A DNA stretch of 64,000 bases, from the sequence record DRR723986_5772, one strand, 5' to 3'. This document shows positions 39,908 to 50,701 of the stretch, in pieces; the first letter of the stretch is position 1; every line of letters begins with the position of its first letter. Both the position numbers and the translations under genes were made by a program. The notes beneath the pieces are model-generated. The model made no database searches. It saw only the letters and a program-made list of their open reading frames with translations, and was not told the DNA's origin.

Positions 39908-40177
39908 TTAGAGTGAGATTAATCCTTCTATTTCGGCAGCTTCTTCATAGATCTTAATTATCTGATCGGGGTCTTTCATCATTGCCTGGATAGTGGCGCT
40001 TACGTACTTCCCTCCAGAACTTGCTTTTGTTGACACTTCATGTTTTGGAAAAAGGGCTGCTACTTCATTTTCCTTTCCATTAGGAACTATAAATTTAAAC
40101 ATATAAAGCTGAGGAAATTCTCCACTAGCTTCCAATTTCTCTTTAAAGTTTTCTTTGTCGAATTTCTTTTTGTCCAT
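39908..40177 (-). CDS. DUF493 family protein
   Basis: FP..Y.FKFIVP, SSGGKYVS, IEGLISL. Confidence 0.88.
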   Translation of the reverse strand: MDKKKFDKENFKEKLEASGEFPQLYMFKFIVPNGKENEVAALFPKHEVSTKASSGGKYVSATIQAMMKDPDQIIKIYEEAAEIEGLISL

Positions 40178-40219
40178 AATAGTACGCGCTAGCCAAATTA
40201 CGTGTCGAATATAAACAAA

Positions 40220-40245
40220 GAACCCATGCTGAATGGCATGGGTTC
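40220..40245 (-). terminator. Intrinsic terminator after the PPIase gene
   Basis: GAACCCATGC...GCATGGGTTC stem, with a T-rich tail on the minus strand. Confidence 0.65.
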
Positions 40246-40266
40246 CGTATCTAGTTTCTTTCTTTT

Positions 40267-42378
40267 TTAAAAGAATTTATATCTATAGTCCTTGACGCCT
40301 GCTAGATCTTGCAGAGCCATCATAACGGAATATGTCGTACGTTGTGACGCATTTTGAGTCAATTGACCTTGGTAAGCTGAATAGTCACCTATTTCAGCCG
40401 CTGGAGTCAATGCATTCAGTTTACCTACGATCACACCTACATCCTCACGAATTGGTTGGGTAATTTTACCTTGCTCTATCCCGAAGATTGCGCCGATCGC
40501 ACGTGGAGCAAATCCTACTCCTGGAATTACATTGGCACTCAATTTCAAATCAGGAATTTCGTTTAAAGATGCAGCTTCAGGGAATACGGCTTTCATATCT
40601 TCCAATGAAGTTTTACCAGCAAGCTTTTCTTTGATGGCTTCAGCTTTTTTCTCATTTCTCACCTGAGCTTCTACTTGTTCTTTTACATCAGCGAGCTGCA
40701 AGTCGCCTTCGCCTCTCTTACTCACAAGAGTAGCAACTATGTATGCATTGTCTAGCTCAAAAACGTCAGAAACCTCACCTGTAGAAGTACCATCTGTAAA
40801 TGCCCAACGAATCACTTCTCTAGCATTTTGAAGATTGTTAATGTTTCTCGCGCTTGCATCTACATTGTTAGCCTGTAGAATTCTGTAATTTTCAGTCGTA
40901 GCATTTTCTGTGAACTCATTTCTGTTTCCTGCATTCGCAGCAAAGGAATCCGCATTTCTGAAAGCTTCGTTTCTAGTGGCATCACTAGCTACCAATTCTA
41001 ATTCTACTGTGGCCACTTTGGTATAAGTAGTCTTAGGCATTTCAGTCACCTTTATGATGTGGTAGCCGTATTCTGTCTCTACTAGGTTCGGAAGAATACC
41101 AGGAGCTTTTGCAGCATAGGCAGCATCAGCAAATTCAGTCACAAAATCAGCCTTCGCAAACCATCCTAGGTCTCCGCCAGTCTGAGCGGTTCCATCCTGC
41201 CCGTATTGTCTAGCGGCAACTTCAAAGTTTCCATCGGCTTTCAGCTGTGAAAGAACTGTTTGAGCTTGTGCCTCCACAGCGGCTTTGGACGTATCGTCCA
41301 TTCCTTCTGTACTGAATAGGATATGGGACGCTCTCAATCTTGGGGTTCCTTCGTATTGATCAGAGATCTTATAGGAAACGTATGTGGAGTTAGCAGTGAT
41401 AAACGGACCATAGGTCTGGCCTGCTTGAATATCAGAAACGTTATTAGTCAAATTGATTGGAAGCTCATCACCTGGTCTTACCGTCAAAAATGGCATTTGT
41501 CCTTCAGAGTTTCTCAACGCGAAAAGCGAATCGTTCTCGGTAGTTTTTAACTCCTCAGTCAATTCTTGAATCTGAGAAATAACTTCTGCTGAATCAGTTC
41601 CACTTGGCTGAATGCTAAATGTTACATACTCGATGCTAGCTGCATTTCCAGCGTTAAACTTGCTTTTATTCTTAGTCAAATATGCCTGCATTTCACTTTC
41701 AGAAACCGTAATATCTGCATCAGGAACTGCATAGAAAGGAACGAAAAGAATAGAAGCGTCTGCAATAGTGTTCGCTGCTTTGTATTCTTCTTTAGCCTCA
41801 GCTTCAGTTGCAAACTCAGAAGTAGCGAGCATATTGTCATATTTGATTCTCAATCTTGAGTCAGCAAAAAGCCGCTCTTGTTGATTCCAATAAGCCTGCT
41901 GCGCAGGATCTGCTGTTTCCAAAGATTGTAGGAAAGCAACCAATTGACTTTTGTCAAACTGACCTGTCTGCGGATTAACCAATTGCTGACGCAATTCCGG
42001 AACGATGTTTTTTCCCTGAACCATATCAACTAATTCAGCATCAGAAATAGTCAAGCCTAATTTCTCATATTCTTCTTTGAACACGCGCTCCACAATCATA
42101 GACTGCCAAGCTTGCTCTCTGATAGAATACAATTCTACTTCAGAAGGAACTCTTCCAGTACGCTGCTGATTAGCAATTTTAAATTCTTCCACGCGGGCGA
42201 TATACTCTTCGTAAGTAATATCTTCACCAGCAATCTCACCCACTATGTTCTGACTTGAGCCTAGAAGAGAGGAATTTGGGCTTAATAGATCTCCTCCTAG
42301 GAGGAATAAAATCAATCCGCCGGCAATTACGCCGATCATCAGACCAGTTCGTTGTCTAATTTGTTTAATTAACGCCAT
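40267..42378 (-). CDS. PpiD/SurA-like peptidyl-prolyl isomerase
   Basis: N-terminal TM anchor, SurA-like N domain, parvulin motifs RASHIL, GGDLGWF, ETEYGYHIIKV. Confidence 0.92.
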   Translation of the reverse strand: MALIKQIRQRTGLMIGVIAGGLILFLLGGDLLSPNSSLLGSSQNIVGEIAGEDITYEEYIARVEEFKIANQQRTGRVPSEVELYSIREQAWQSMIVERVFKEEYEKLGLTISDAELVDMVQGKNIVPELRQQLVNPQTGQFDKSQLVAFLQSLETADPAQQAYWNQQERLFADSRLRIKYDNMLATSEFATEAEAKEEYKAANTIADASILFVPFYAVPDADITVSESEMQAYLTKNKSKFNAGNAASIEYVTFSIQPSGTDSAEVISQIQELTEELKTTENDSLFALRNSEGQMPFLTVRPGDELPINLTNNVSDIQAGQTYGPFITANSTYVSYKISDQYEGTPRLRASHILFSTEGMDDTSKAAVEAQAQTVLSQLKADGNFEVAARQYGQDGTAQTGGDLGWFAKADFVTEFADAAYAAKAPGILPNLVETEYGYHIIKVTEMPKTTYTKVATVELELVASDATRNEAFRNADSFAANAGNRNEFTENATTENYRILQANNVDASARNINNLQNAREVIRWAFTDGTSTGEVSDVFELDNAYIVATLVSKRGEGDLQLADVKEQVEAQVRNEKKAEAIKEKLAGKTSLEDMKAVFPEAASLNEIPDLKLSANVIPGVGFAPRAIGAIFGIEQGKITQPIREDVGVIVGKLNALTPAAEIGDYSAYQGQLTQNASQRTTYSVMMALQDLAGVKDYRYKFF

Positions 42379-42462
42379 TATTGTTACTACGCTTTTTTAG
42401 AGAGTCGCAAAATAAGAGCATTACTAACGAAATTCAAAATATATTCTGAATCAAACTCTTAA

Positions 42463-43743
42463 CTAGAAAATTCCAGAGCTATTTATTTTCAGGCGAACCG
42501 TCTCTATTCTATGCTCTTGCTTAGTCACCACCGTGAAATTATACGCTTCAAAAGTTACAGATTCCCCTTTCTTTGGAAGGTTCTCTGTAAGCGAAAGAAT
42601 CAGGCCGGATAGGGTCTCAAAGTCTCCTATCGGCAATTCCCATCCATATTTATCATTGAGATAGTCAATTTCATGGCGTGCACTAAGCAAATATTCCTGA
42701 TCTGAAATTTTCTGCTCAATCAAATCATCTGAGTCATACTCATCCTCGATTTCCCCAAAAATCTCTTCAATAATATCTTCCATAGAAACTATCCCTGAAG
42801 TGCCTCCAAACTCATCAACTACCAAAGCCAAGCTTTTTCTCTCTTGAATAAACTGTATGAGTAACTCATTAGCCAAGGCGGATTCTGGAGCAATAATGAT
42901 AGGAGTCAGGATTTCTTCAATGGTTTTAGGCTTTTTGAAAAGCTCCAATTGGTGGCAATAGCCAATCACATCATCGATAGATTCCCGATAGACGATGACT
43001 TTAGAATGTCCACTTTCCTCAAATACCTGCTTCAATTCCTCGATTGCATCATCTACTTCCACAGATACGATATCTGTACGTGGAACCATACATTCCCGTA
43101 CTCGTACAGTTTTGAATTCCACCGCATTATCAAAAATCTTGGTATCTATCTCCACATGTCCTTCCTCTTTTCCTTTATGAATATGATTTTGGACAAAGCT
43201 ATTGAGATCTGTAACCGTAAAAACAGGCTTGTCTTCACTGTATTCTAATCGCAGAATTTTGGTAATAAAAAACCTGGAAAGGCCTACCACAGCCCATACT
43301 ACAGGGTAAAACAGAATATAAATGACCCAAAATGGCAGTGAAAAAAAGTTCAACATGCTATTTGGATTCAGCATGAAAAGACTTTTTGGCAAAAACTCAG
43401 CAGTGATCAGGACAACTATGGTAGAGATCACTGTCTGCAGCATAAGTATTATGGCATCGTTAGCATAGCCATCTAACAAATTTTTCAACGGATCTTCCAT
43501 CAAGTAAGCCATGAAAATACCATAGAGCACCAACATGATGGTGTTGCCCATCAGGGTAGTGCCGATGAACTGCCCAGGACGCTGTACAAATACGCTCAAG
43601 ATCTTACCCGTGAGATCTCCTTGCTTATTTTGAAGTTCTATCTGAAGCTTATTCGCTGAGATAAACGCGATTTCCATTCCTGAAAAAAAGGCAGACATCG
43701 CAAGCGTGATAATCACATAAATCAAATAATAACTAATTTCCAT
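42463..43743 (-). CDS. Hemolysin-family CNNM/CBS/CorC protein
   Basis: SAFFSGMEIAF, AEFLPK, MVPRTDI, VVDEFGGTSG...EDIIEEIFGEIEDE. Confidence 0.93.
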   Translation of the reverse strand: MEISYYLIYVIITLAMSAFFSGMEIAFISANKLQIELQNKQGDLTGKILSVFVQRPGQFIGTTLMGNTIMLVLYGIFMAYLMEDPLKNLLDGYANDAIILMLQTVISTIVVLITAEFLPKSLFMLNPNSMLNFFSLPFWVIYILFYPVVWAVVGLSRFFITKILRLEYSEDKPVFTVTDLNSFVQNHIHKGKEEGHVEIDTKIFDNAVEFKTVRVRECMVPRTDIVSVEVDDAIEELKQVFEESGHSKVIVYRESIDDVIGYCHQLELFKKPKTIEEILTPIIIAPESALANELLIQFIQERKSLALVVDEFGGTSGIVSMEDIIEEIFGEIEDEYDSDDLIEQKISDQEYLLSARHEIDYLNDKYGWELPIGDFETLSGLILSLTENLPKKGESVTFEAYNFTVVTKQEHRIETVRLKINSSGIF

Positions 43744-43745
43744 GC

Positions 43746-43955
43746 TTAGCGCTTTTTGCGGGGTTTGGTCTTTTTCTTAGAGGTAGGAGGCTCATCGGGT
43801 TTTTGCATTTTGCGGTACTGAAACCAAAATAATAAGGCTACCGCAAACATAAAAATTGCATACGATGCACCTACTCCTTGGGTAATAGTCTGGTGGATGC
43901 CAACAATCATCAGTGCAAGCGAAAGCGATAATATTAATGCGTCAAGTAATTTCAT
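43746..43955 (-). CDS. Small membrane protein
   Basis: MKLLDALILS start; two TM segments and a basic tail. Confidence 0.7.
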   Translation of the reverse strand: MKLLDALILSLSLALMIVGIHQTITQGVGASYAIFMFAVALLFWFQYRKMQKPDEPPTSKKKTKPRKKR

Positions 43956-44032
43956 GTGGAATAGTATTGAAGAAAACTGAAGGAGCAAAGTTCAGTTTTA
44001 TTTACTAGGAAATTTCTTTCTAAAGAATTCAT

Positions 44033-44575
44033 TTAAAGCCCATCGTCGGTCAATTCCAACTTGCTTTCCCTGATATCTTTCAAGGAATAATTTGTAAAAG
44101 TCTCATCGGATTCCAATGCAGTTCCAAAGAAAAAGGTATTGCGCTCCTGTACCCTAACAAATTTCTCAGTGTATATCTTTTTCTTGTTTGGCTCCCAAAA
44201 AAGCTCTTCTGACTGCAATTTTTGGTCCTTAGCTAAGTTGTGAACTTGTACGTCTCCTTCACCTTTGAAGATATTTTCCTGCTTAAATAAGTACCCTCGA
44301 TCAGCAGTCAAGGTCGTACTCAATTGACCATCTTTCTCAAAAATCTGAATTTCTATTCCATCAGGAAACTCCATATTTCCATTAGCGAATTCCAACTGCT
44401 TAGGTGCTCTAATTTCAGAACGAACGATAGCTGAATCACTCTGTGTCAAGTGAAAATTAGTACTCATGTTCATGGGACCTTCATATTCCTGTAAAAGAGA
44501 TGCATCTACATCCTCTCTGCAGGAGCTAGTAATAGAAAGTACACAAATAAAGAAGAAAATTAGTCTGGATTTCAC
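44033..44575 (-). CDS. lptC: LPS export periplasmic protein LptC
   Basis: SDSA, EFPDGI, L.AD.G, L.SEEL.W...KKIYT.KFV; conserved coaX-to-PPIase cluster position; TATCTTTG box at 44580-44587. Confidence 0.85.
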   Translation of the reverse strand: MKSRLIFFFICVLSITSSCREDVDASLLQEYEGPMNMSTNFHLTQSDSAIVRSEIRAPKQLEFANGNMEFPDGIEIQIFEKDGQLSTTLTADRGYLFKQENIFKGEGDVQVHNLAKDQKLQSEELFWEPNKKKIYTEKFVRVQERNTFFFGTALESDETFTNYSLKDIRESKLELTDDGL

Positions 44576-44614
44576 GGCTCAAAGATACTTGAAATTTGCT
44601 TTAGTGTATAAATG

Positions 44615-44643
44615 AAAAAAGGCAGCCCGAAGACTGCCTTTTT
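44615..44643 (-). terminator. Intrinsic terminator
   Basis: AAAAAAGGCAG-CCCGAAGA-CTGCCTTTTT. Confidence 0.8.
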
Positions 44644-44658
44644 ATCTCTATTCTTATA

Positions 44659-45966
44659 TTAATCTCTTGTAGCTAATGTGACAGTCTCACCAATCCAACA
44701 GCCAGTGCTGATTGTTTGACCAGCCTGCATTCCTTCAGTAAACAACTCTTCTTTAGAAGGGAATCTAGATCTAGCATTCGCCATTCCGGAAGAATCACCT
44801 GCTCTTTGGTAAGCATTATAAGCAGCGATATAGATTGAATAATCTTTCACACGGCTATTACCTGCTTTACAATCATTGAAAGAGTTCATATACATGCCAG
44901 CTATCATTGTATAGACGTCTGAAGTTCTAGATGAATCTAGATTAGCAGCTTCTCTTGCTGCAGTTCTTGCAGCAGACTTTTTGCCTTGCTTCAGGTAGAT
45001 TTTTGCCAATTCAAATTGAGCTTCTGCTTTCTGAGTATCATTCTCAGCAAGGGTCAATGCTTGACTCCACATTTCTTCTGCCTTAGCAGCATTATCTTCC
45101 TGCATATATCTCATCGCAATGACTTGAGAAGTAGAGAATGAAGGCTCTTTCGCATGCTTGATCTCTAATGCCTGTAGGAAGGCATTAGTATTAAAGCATT
45201 TATACTGTACAGAATACTTGAAAATTTGGTCAGCAAGAACTTCGTTAGTTGGATCAGCTATCAATTTTGGACCCAACGTATTTTCGATGAAATCACAATC
45301 GATCAACTCCATAGCCACTAATAATGTCTCAAGTGTAGACTTTTGACTGGAAACGTCTGTTCCTTCTGCAGCAGCTTCATCCAACATTTTATTGATTTTG
45401 TCATGAATAGCTAGAATCTCCTCACCTGTATAAGCTTGGTGATAAGCATAGTTTCTGTAGACTAAATCAAAATATGCAGCAGTCAATTGATAGTTGATAG
45501 TACCGTTCAGTTCCATTGCCTTTTCAAAATCAGCAATTGGTCCAGCCAACATATTTTTGTCGCCTTTATAGTACTGATAGCCATAATAAGCTTTATTCTC
45601 TATCCAGTTTTTCTCATTATCGTAGATTTCACCTCTTTTATTAAAAAGAGTAATTACAGAATCTTGATAAATCCTCTTCTGAGCTTCATCAGTTGTAATC
45701 TTCGATGCTTCATCATAAATTTTGATACCATTCTGATAGATTGACTCATTCAGCTCAGGTACATTAACTAGCAACCAGTGCAGTGGATGCGTAGCTTCTA
45801 TTACCTGATCAGAATTCATATAATCAGTGTAGGCTGCGTTTAATTCTCTTGCTTTTGCTTCTTGAGCTGGGTCAGACGGAAAATTCCACCCTTCTTGAGC
45901 TTGGACCATTCCGGCCAGAAGCAGGGCAGTAAGCCCTAGGATTGTAGATTTAATTTTCATTTTCAT
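44659..45966 (-). CDS. Exported TPR-containing protein
   Basis: Signal peptide (AQ cleavage), helical TPR-like repeats, C-terminal FP...E.F....G..I..GCWIGETV. Confidence 0.85.
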   Translation of the reverse strand: MKMKIKSTILGLTALLLAGMVQAQEGWNFPSDPAQEAKARELNAAYTDYMNSDQVIEATHPLHWLLVNVPELNESIYQNGIKIYDEASKITTDEAQKRIYQDSVITLFNKRGEIYDNEKNWIENKAYYGYQYYKGDKNMLAGPIADFEKAMELNGTINYQLTAAYFDLVYRNYAYHQAYTGEEILAIHDKINKMLDEAAAEGTDVSSQKSTLETLLVAMELIDCDFIENTLGPKLIADPTNEVLADQIFKYSVQYKCFNTNAFLQALEIKHAKEPSFSTSQVIAMRYMQEDNAAKAEEMWSQALTLAENDTQKAEAQFELAKIYLKQGKKSAARTAAREAANLDSSRTSDVYTMIAGMYMNSFNDCKAGNSRVKDYSIYIAAYNAYQRAGDSSGMANARSRFPSKEELFTEGMQAGQTISTGCWIGETVTLATRD

Positions 45967-46054
45967 AATGGTTTAATTCGGCACAATTTAATCTTCATGT
46001 CTAAATCCTAGGTTCAGGATTTAACCATTTTGATTGAATGGTTTGGTTAATTAA

Positions 46055-47338
46055 TTAGTCAAATACTCGTTTGAAGAACCAACTGTTATCGTTCAAGGAT
46101 AAACCTAAGGTTAAGTTCACATAACTCTCTTTGATCAGGCCATTATCAGTGGTTCCCCGCTGACCTACCTTCACTGCGAAATTCAATAACGAAAGTTGAT
46201 TTACAGGAAGTGAAGCTCCAAAGTTAATGCCAAGGTCATTAATATTTGTCTCGTTCAAATAATATGGAGTCTGTTGGTATTCCAAACCGACTCGATAAGA
46301 ACCTCTCTTCAATGCATTATCTACGTTAAGATAATCAGGTGTAAACTGGAATCCCAAGCCTACCTTAATTGCTTCCTGTAATCTCAGAGGATCATCTAGC
46401 AAAGATCTAAACTTTTTAAAGTCCTGATATTGTCCTTCCAATCCGATTACAAATTTGTTGTTTTTCTCATAAGAAACCCCGAATCCGTAGCGATTAGGGA
46501 TATAAATGCTTCCCGGCTCGTCGTTAGCAATCAAGTCTCCATCCGAATCCGGATCGCTAGCTTGGCCAAATGCAGCGAGCTTGGCAAAGGCTTTTCCATT
46601 AACATCTCCTAAATGCTGATAAATGGCACCCAAATGTAATTTGCTCTTTGTGTTCAAAGGAATGAAGTAATATGCACCCGCTTTGATACCCACATCGCTA
46701 ACTGTTAATCTTTCATAATATTCTGTGACATTCCCGACCGGAGCTCCTTCATCACTAAAAAGTGCCAATTGATCCGTGCGAATTGTTGACCCAAAAAGAT
46801 ATGATCCTTGCAAGCCAAGACTCAAATTCTTTGCAACCACCATCCCTAAACTTAAGTAAGCCTCAGAAATACCACCATCACCTTCAATAGAATTCAGAGC
46901 TCTCACATCTGAATTTGCAACAGTACTTTCTATCAGTAATCGGTAGTTCACACTGGTGATTTGATTTAAGCCTAAGCCAACTGTAAACTTGTTTACTTTC
47001 ACTGGGAGTGAAAAAGCAATATATGACAGTCCACCTCCATCTACATCAGAGGTTTCCGAACCGTTGTCAGCAGCGATTCTTTTGTAATTCAGCGCCGCTT
47101 CGAAATTGAAAATTGTGTTTTTGGTAGAAAGAGCTGGGTTTACTGTGTTCGGATTCCATGGAGTACCGTAACTTATGCCAAGTCCCCCCATTGCTTGATT
47201 ATTGGTAAGACCTGAATAGTTAAATTCACCGATACCTAGCGCACTATAAGTAGATGCACTGGACTGAGCCTGTGCTTCTGTAAATAAGAAAAGGGTGCAT
47301 AGTACACCCAGCAATTGCAATTTGATTTTACTCAACAT
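46055..47338 (-). CDS. Outer membrane beta-barrel protein (FadL-like)
   Basis: S.YS..GIG, AMGG.G, N.VNPA, amphipathic strands, C-terminal WFFKRVFD. Confidence 0.8.
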   Translation of the reverse strand: MLSKIKLQLLGVLCTLFLFTEAQAQSSASTYSALGIGEFNYSGLTNNQAMGGLGISYGTPWNPNTVNPALSTKNTIFNFEAALNYKRIAADNGSETSDVDGGGLSYIAFSLPVKVNKFTVGLGLNQITSVNYRLLIESTVANSDVRALNSIEGDGGISEAYLSLGMVVAKNLSLGLQGSYLFGSTIRTDQLALFSDEGAPVGNVTEYYERLTVSDVGIKAGAYYFIPLNTKSKLHLGAIYQHLGDVNGKAFAKLAAFGQASDPDSDGDLIANDEPGSIYIPNRYGFGVSYEKNNKFVIGLEGQYQDFKKFRSLLDDPLRLQEAIKVGLGFQFTPDYLNVDNALKRGSYRVGLEYQQTPYYLNETNINDLGINFGASLPVNQLSLLNFAVKVGQRGTTDNGLIKESYVNLTLGLSLNDNSWFFKRVFD

Positions 47339-48044
47339 TGTGGTTTAGAATAGAATTCAATCCGTATAGGACCAAATTTGGGACTACAAATATGAGGTCT
47401 TTTGCCAATGAATCAAAAGATTGGGCGTCTCCACCGCTAACAAAGACCTCAATTTCTGGAAATTTTTTAGTGTAAGCTTCTATTTGCCCTCGTATTTCAA
47501 ACTCAACTCCGTACCAAACTCCGATTTGCATACAGGTTATGGTATTGTCGCCGATTAATTCACTAGGCTTATATTTAAGATCAACTAAGGGCAATCTCGC
47601 TGTTTGATCCTTCATGGCTCTGGCACGCATCCCGAGACCAGGACTGATGGCTCCACCCAGATACGAGTTTCTTTCATCGATAAGATCAAAAGTAATACAA
47701 GTTCCTAAGTCTATTGCGAGAACAGGTCCTTTACCCCGCATTGCCCAGGCTCCTATTGCTCCAGCTATTCTGTCTAAGCCCAAGCTTGCCGGAGTTCCGT
47801 ATGCATTCGTAATTGGCAATTTGGTTTCAGGGCTTAAAAATGAAAATTGGAAGGGTATTAGTTGCTGCAATTCGACTTGATTCCACCTAACAGAACTGAT
47901 TAGACAATGAACGAATGACACTGAATCCCAATAGATTAATGCATTTTCCAATAGGTCAAACACTTCTTCCTCCATCAACTTTCCCCCTTTAAAGAGTGCT
48001 GATTTGATTCGTGTATTACCGATATCTATGATGAGATTAGTCAT
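47328..48044 (-). CDS. coaX: Type III pantothenate kinase
   Basis: IDIGNTRIK, LGLDR, IDLGTCIT.D, GGAISPG, SGGD. Confidence 0.95.
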   Translation of the reverse strand: MTNLIIDIGNTRIKSALFKGGKLMEEEVFDLLENALIYWDSVSFVHCLISSVRWNQVELQQLIPFQFSFLSPETKLPITNAYGTPASLGLDRIAGAIGAWAMRGKGPVLAIDLGTCITFDLIDERNSYLGGAISPGLGMRARAMKDQTARLPLVDLKYKPSELIGDNTITCMQIGVWYGVEFEIRGQIEAYTKKFPEIEVFVSGGDAQSFDSLAKDLIFVVPNLVLYGLNSILNHNVE

Positions 48045-48110
48045 GCAGGTTAGTTAATAGTCTGCAAAATAGCCATTCAAAAAAAGTACTGCCTTTTATA
48101 CATGTTAAAT

Positions 48111-48118
48111 TATCTTTG
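48111..48118 (+). promoter_or_regulatory. Bacteroidota -7 promoter box for anmK
   Basis: TATCTTTG 30 nt upstream of ATG. Confidence 0.55.
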
Positions 48119-48148
48119 GGCTAGTTGGTACTTAACAAACTTTAACCC

Positions 48149-49222
48149 ATGAGTCCTACACAATACACCATGATCGGATTGATGTCTGGTACTTCCGGAG
48201 ATGGATTAGATATAGCCTATTGTAGCTATGAACTTCATCATCAGTGGTCTTACGAGATTTTGGACGCGATAACGATTCCATTTCCAGCTGACCTAGGGTC
48301 TAAGCTCATGAATTGCCACAAACTCTCAGCGTTGGACCTGGCACTTCTTGATGTAAGCTTTGGTAAGTGGATGGGAGAAAAAGTCAAGCAATATTGTGAG
48401 GAAAAGCAAATTAAACCCATGGCTGTTTGCTCTCACGGTCACACGGTATTTCACCAGCCATCAAGTCAGCTCAGTCTACAAATCGGGAATGGCTGGGCAC
48501 TACATCATGCTTCGGGGCAGCGCGTAATTAATGATTTTAGGATGAAAGATGTCCAACTTGGTGGACAGGGAGCGCCTTTGGTTCCCGTTGGAGATAGATT
48601 GCTTTTCACCTCTAGCAATTTTTGTATCAACCTGGGAGGCATAGCAAATATTAGCATGGATACCTCAGGCAAACGGATCGCTTTTGATACTTGCCCTTTT
48701 AATCTGTTGCTAAATTCTGAGGCAAAAAAATTAGGTGCTGAGTATGATAAAGATGGAGCGTGGGCAAAGGAAGGTCGTCTGAATATGACCCTATTTGAGG
48801 CTTTGAATTCCCTTCCATATTATTCAAAATCAAAAGCAAAGTCTTTGGGTAGGGAGGATTTGGAAAATGATTTCATCCCACTAATAAGTTCTAGCGGACT
48901 CTCAGAAAAAGATATTCTGAGAACTCTTGTAGAGCATTATGCAGTTCAAATCGCCAAAGTCATCAAATTTTACCAACATACTGATCAGCCTTCTGTCCTG
49001 ATTACTGGGGGAGGTGCGTATAATTCATTTTTCATAGAATGTCTAGCGAAACAGCTTGATAATAAATGGGTTCATACTTTTGCTTCGCCAGAACTTATAG
49101 AATTTAAGGAAGCATTGATTTTTGGATTTTTAGGAGTATTGCGTCTCCGCAATGAAAACAACTGCTTGGGTTCTGTCACTGGAGCAATAACTGACTCGTG
49201 CGGAGGAGTAATTTATGGTTAA
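48149..49222 (+). CDS. anmK: Anhydro-N-acetylmuramic acid kinase
   Basis: IGLMSGTS.DGLD, SHGHT, DFR..D...GGQGAPLVP, NLGGIAN, GGG..N, KEA..F. Confidence 0.95.
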   Translation: MSPTQYTMIGLMSGTSGDGLDIAYCSYELHHQWSYEILDAITIPFPADLGSKLMNCHKLSALDLALLDVSFGKWMGEKVKQYCEEKQIKPMAVCSHGHTVFHQPSSQLSLQIGNGWALHHASGQRVINDFRMKDVQLGGQGAPLVPVGDRLLFTSSNFCINLGGIANISMDTSGKRIAFDTCPFNLLLNSEAKKLGAEYDKDGAWAKEGRLNMTLFEALNSLPYYSKSKAKSLGREDLENDFIPLISSSGLSEKDILRTLVEHYAVQIAKVIKFYQHTDQPSVLITGGGAYNSFFIECLAKQLDNKWVHTFASPELIEFKEALIFGFLGVLRLRNENNCLGSVTGAITDSCGGVIYG

Positions 49223-49263
49223 CCGCCCGTCAGACTTCATAGGACAACACTGGTTTATTTTTC

Positions 49264-49271
49264 TATTTTTG
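49264..49271 (+). promoter_or_regulatory. Bacteroidota -7 promoter box
   Basis: TATTTTTG 22 nt upstream of ATG 49294. Confidence 0.5.
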
Positions 49272-49293
49272 CCTTGATATAAACCCAAATCAC

Positions 49294-50520
49294 ATGCAGG
49301 AATTACTTAAAAAATTTGAAAACAAACAGCCGGAAATCACTTTTGAATGGAGCGACAGCGAATCAGAAGCAGAAGGCTGGGTGGTGATAAATTCTCTTCG
49401 AGGTGGAGCTGCTGGCGGCGGCACACGAATGAGAAAAGGCCTAGATAAACGAGAAGTAGAATCCCTTGCCAAAACCATGGAGGTGAAATTTACCGTCTCA
49501 GGTCCCGCTATCGGTGGTGCAAAATCAGGAATCAACTTCGATCCAAATGATCCACGCAAAGATGAGGTCCTGAGACGTTGGTACAAAGCTGTCATTCCTT
49601 TGTTAAAAAGTTATTACGGGACAGGTGGCGACCTAAATGTGGATGAAATTCATGAAGTCATTCCAATCACTGAATCCTATGGATTGTGGCACCCTCAGGA
49701 AGGTGTAGTAAATGGTCACTACCACGCTACAGAACCTGAGAAAATCAGAAAAATCGGCCAATTGAGACAGGGAGTTTCAAAAGTACTAGAGGACCCCGAT
49801 TTTACTCCCAATGGAACAAAGAAATATACGGTAGCTGATATGATTACAGGATTTGGCGTGGCCGAAGCTGTAAAACATTATTATACCATTTGGGGAGGAA
49901 GTATCAAAGGAAAACGTGCTGTCATCCAAGGTTGGGGCAATGTGGGAGCGGCAGCTGCCTGCTTTCTAGCTGTCGAAGGAGTGAAAATAGTTGGTATAAT
50001 AGACAGAGATGGAGGCGTAATCAACAAGGAAGGATATTCTCTCGATGAGGTACGTGAGCTTTTTCTGAATAGAAATGGAAACAAACTGGTAGCGGAAAAT
50101 CAACTTTCTTTCGAAGAAATCAATGAAAAAATCTGGGATTTAGAAAGTGAAATCTTTATTCCGGCAGCCTCTTCCAGGCTGATCACCCAGGACCAAGCGG
50201 AGCGAATGGTCAATGCCGGTCTGGAAGTTATATCTTGTGGAGCAAACGTTCCTTTTGCCGACCCTGAGATTTTCTTTGGGCCTATAGGCGTTTGGACTGA
50301 TCAGCGTGTTTCTGTTATTCCTGATTTCATTGCAAATTGTGGTATGGCGAGAGTATTTGCATACTTAATGACTGATAATGCAGAAGTCACCGACAAAGCC
50401 ATATTTACAGATGTCAGCAAGACAATTGAAAAAGCGCTTTTGAAGGTAAATTCAAAAAATCCTGGAAAAGTCAAACTAGCAGAAAGCTCCTTTAGCATAG
50501 CTTTAGCACAACTCGTGTAA
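49294..50520 (+). CDS. Glu/Leu/Phe/Val dehydrogenase family protein
   Basis: GGGTR, M..K, GGAKSGI, IQGWGNVG, CGAN, IPDFIAN.G. Confidence 0.93.
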   Translation: MQELLKKFENKQPEITFEWSDSESEAEGWVVINSLRGGAAGGGTRMRKGLDKREVESLAKTMEVKFTVSGPAIGGAKSGINFDPNDPRKDEVLRRWYKAVIPLLKSYYGTGGDLNVDEIHEVIPITESYGLWHPQEGVVNGHYHATEPEKIRKIGQLRQGVSKVLEDPDFTPNGTKKYTVADMITGFGVAEAVKHYYTIWGGSIKGKRAVIQGWGNVGAAAACFLAVEGVKIVGIIDRDGGVINKEGYSLDEVRELFLNRNGNKLVAENQLSFEEINEKIWDLESEIFIPAASSRLITQDQAERMVNAGLEVISCGANVPFADPEIFFGPIGVWTDQRVSVIPDFIANCGMARVFAYLMTDNAEVTDKAIFTDVSKTIEKALLKVNSKNPGKVKLAESSFSIALAQLV

Positions 50521-50701
50521 AATCATTCTTTTCTTTTGCCCTGATGGAGTTAATTTTTGATTAATTCCATCAGGATGGAATGTTTTGATTGTGCTGTGTC
50601 AGCCAAAATCTGTAGTTTAGCAGAAGCCACAGTTGGACAACAACAATTAATTATTTGCTTAAATTAACCGAAAAGAACACCCAGCATACCCATTACGCCT
50701 A

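Noticed and set aside
40267-48044. coaX-OMP-TPR-lptC-CBS-PPIase cluster as a novel system
   Set aside because: Ordinary conserved housekeeping gene order in Bacteroidota.
50540-50574. Long hairpin CCTGATGGAGTTAAT...ATTAATTCCATCAGG as ncRNA or riboswitch
   Set aside because: A single stem with no recognisable aptamer consensus and no U-tract; probably a transcript-stabilising or terminating hairpin.
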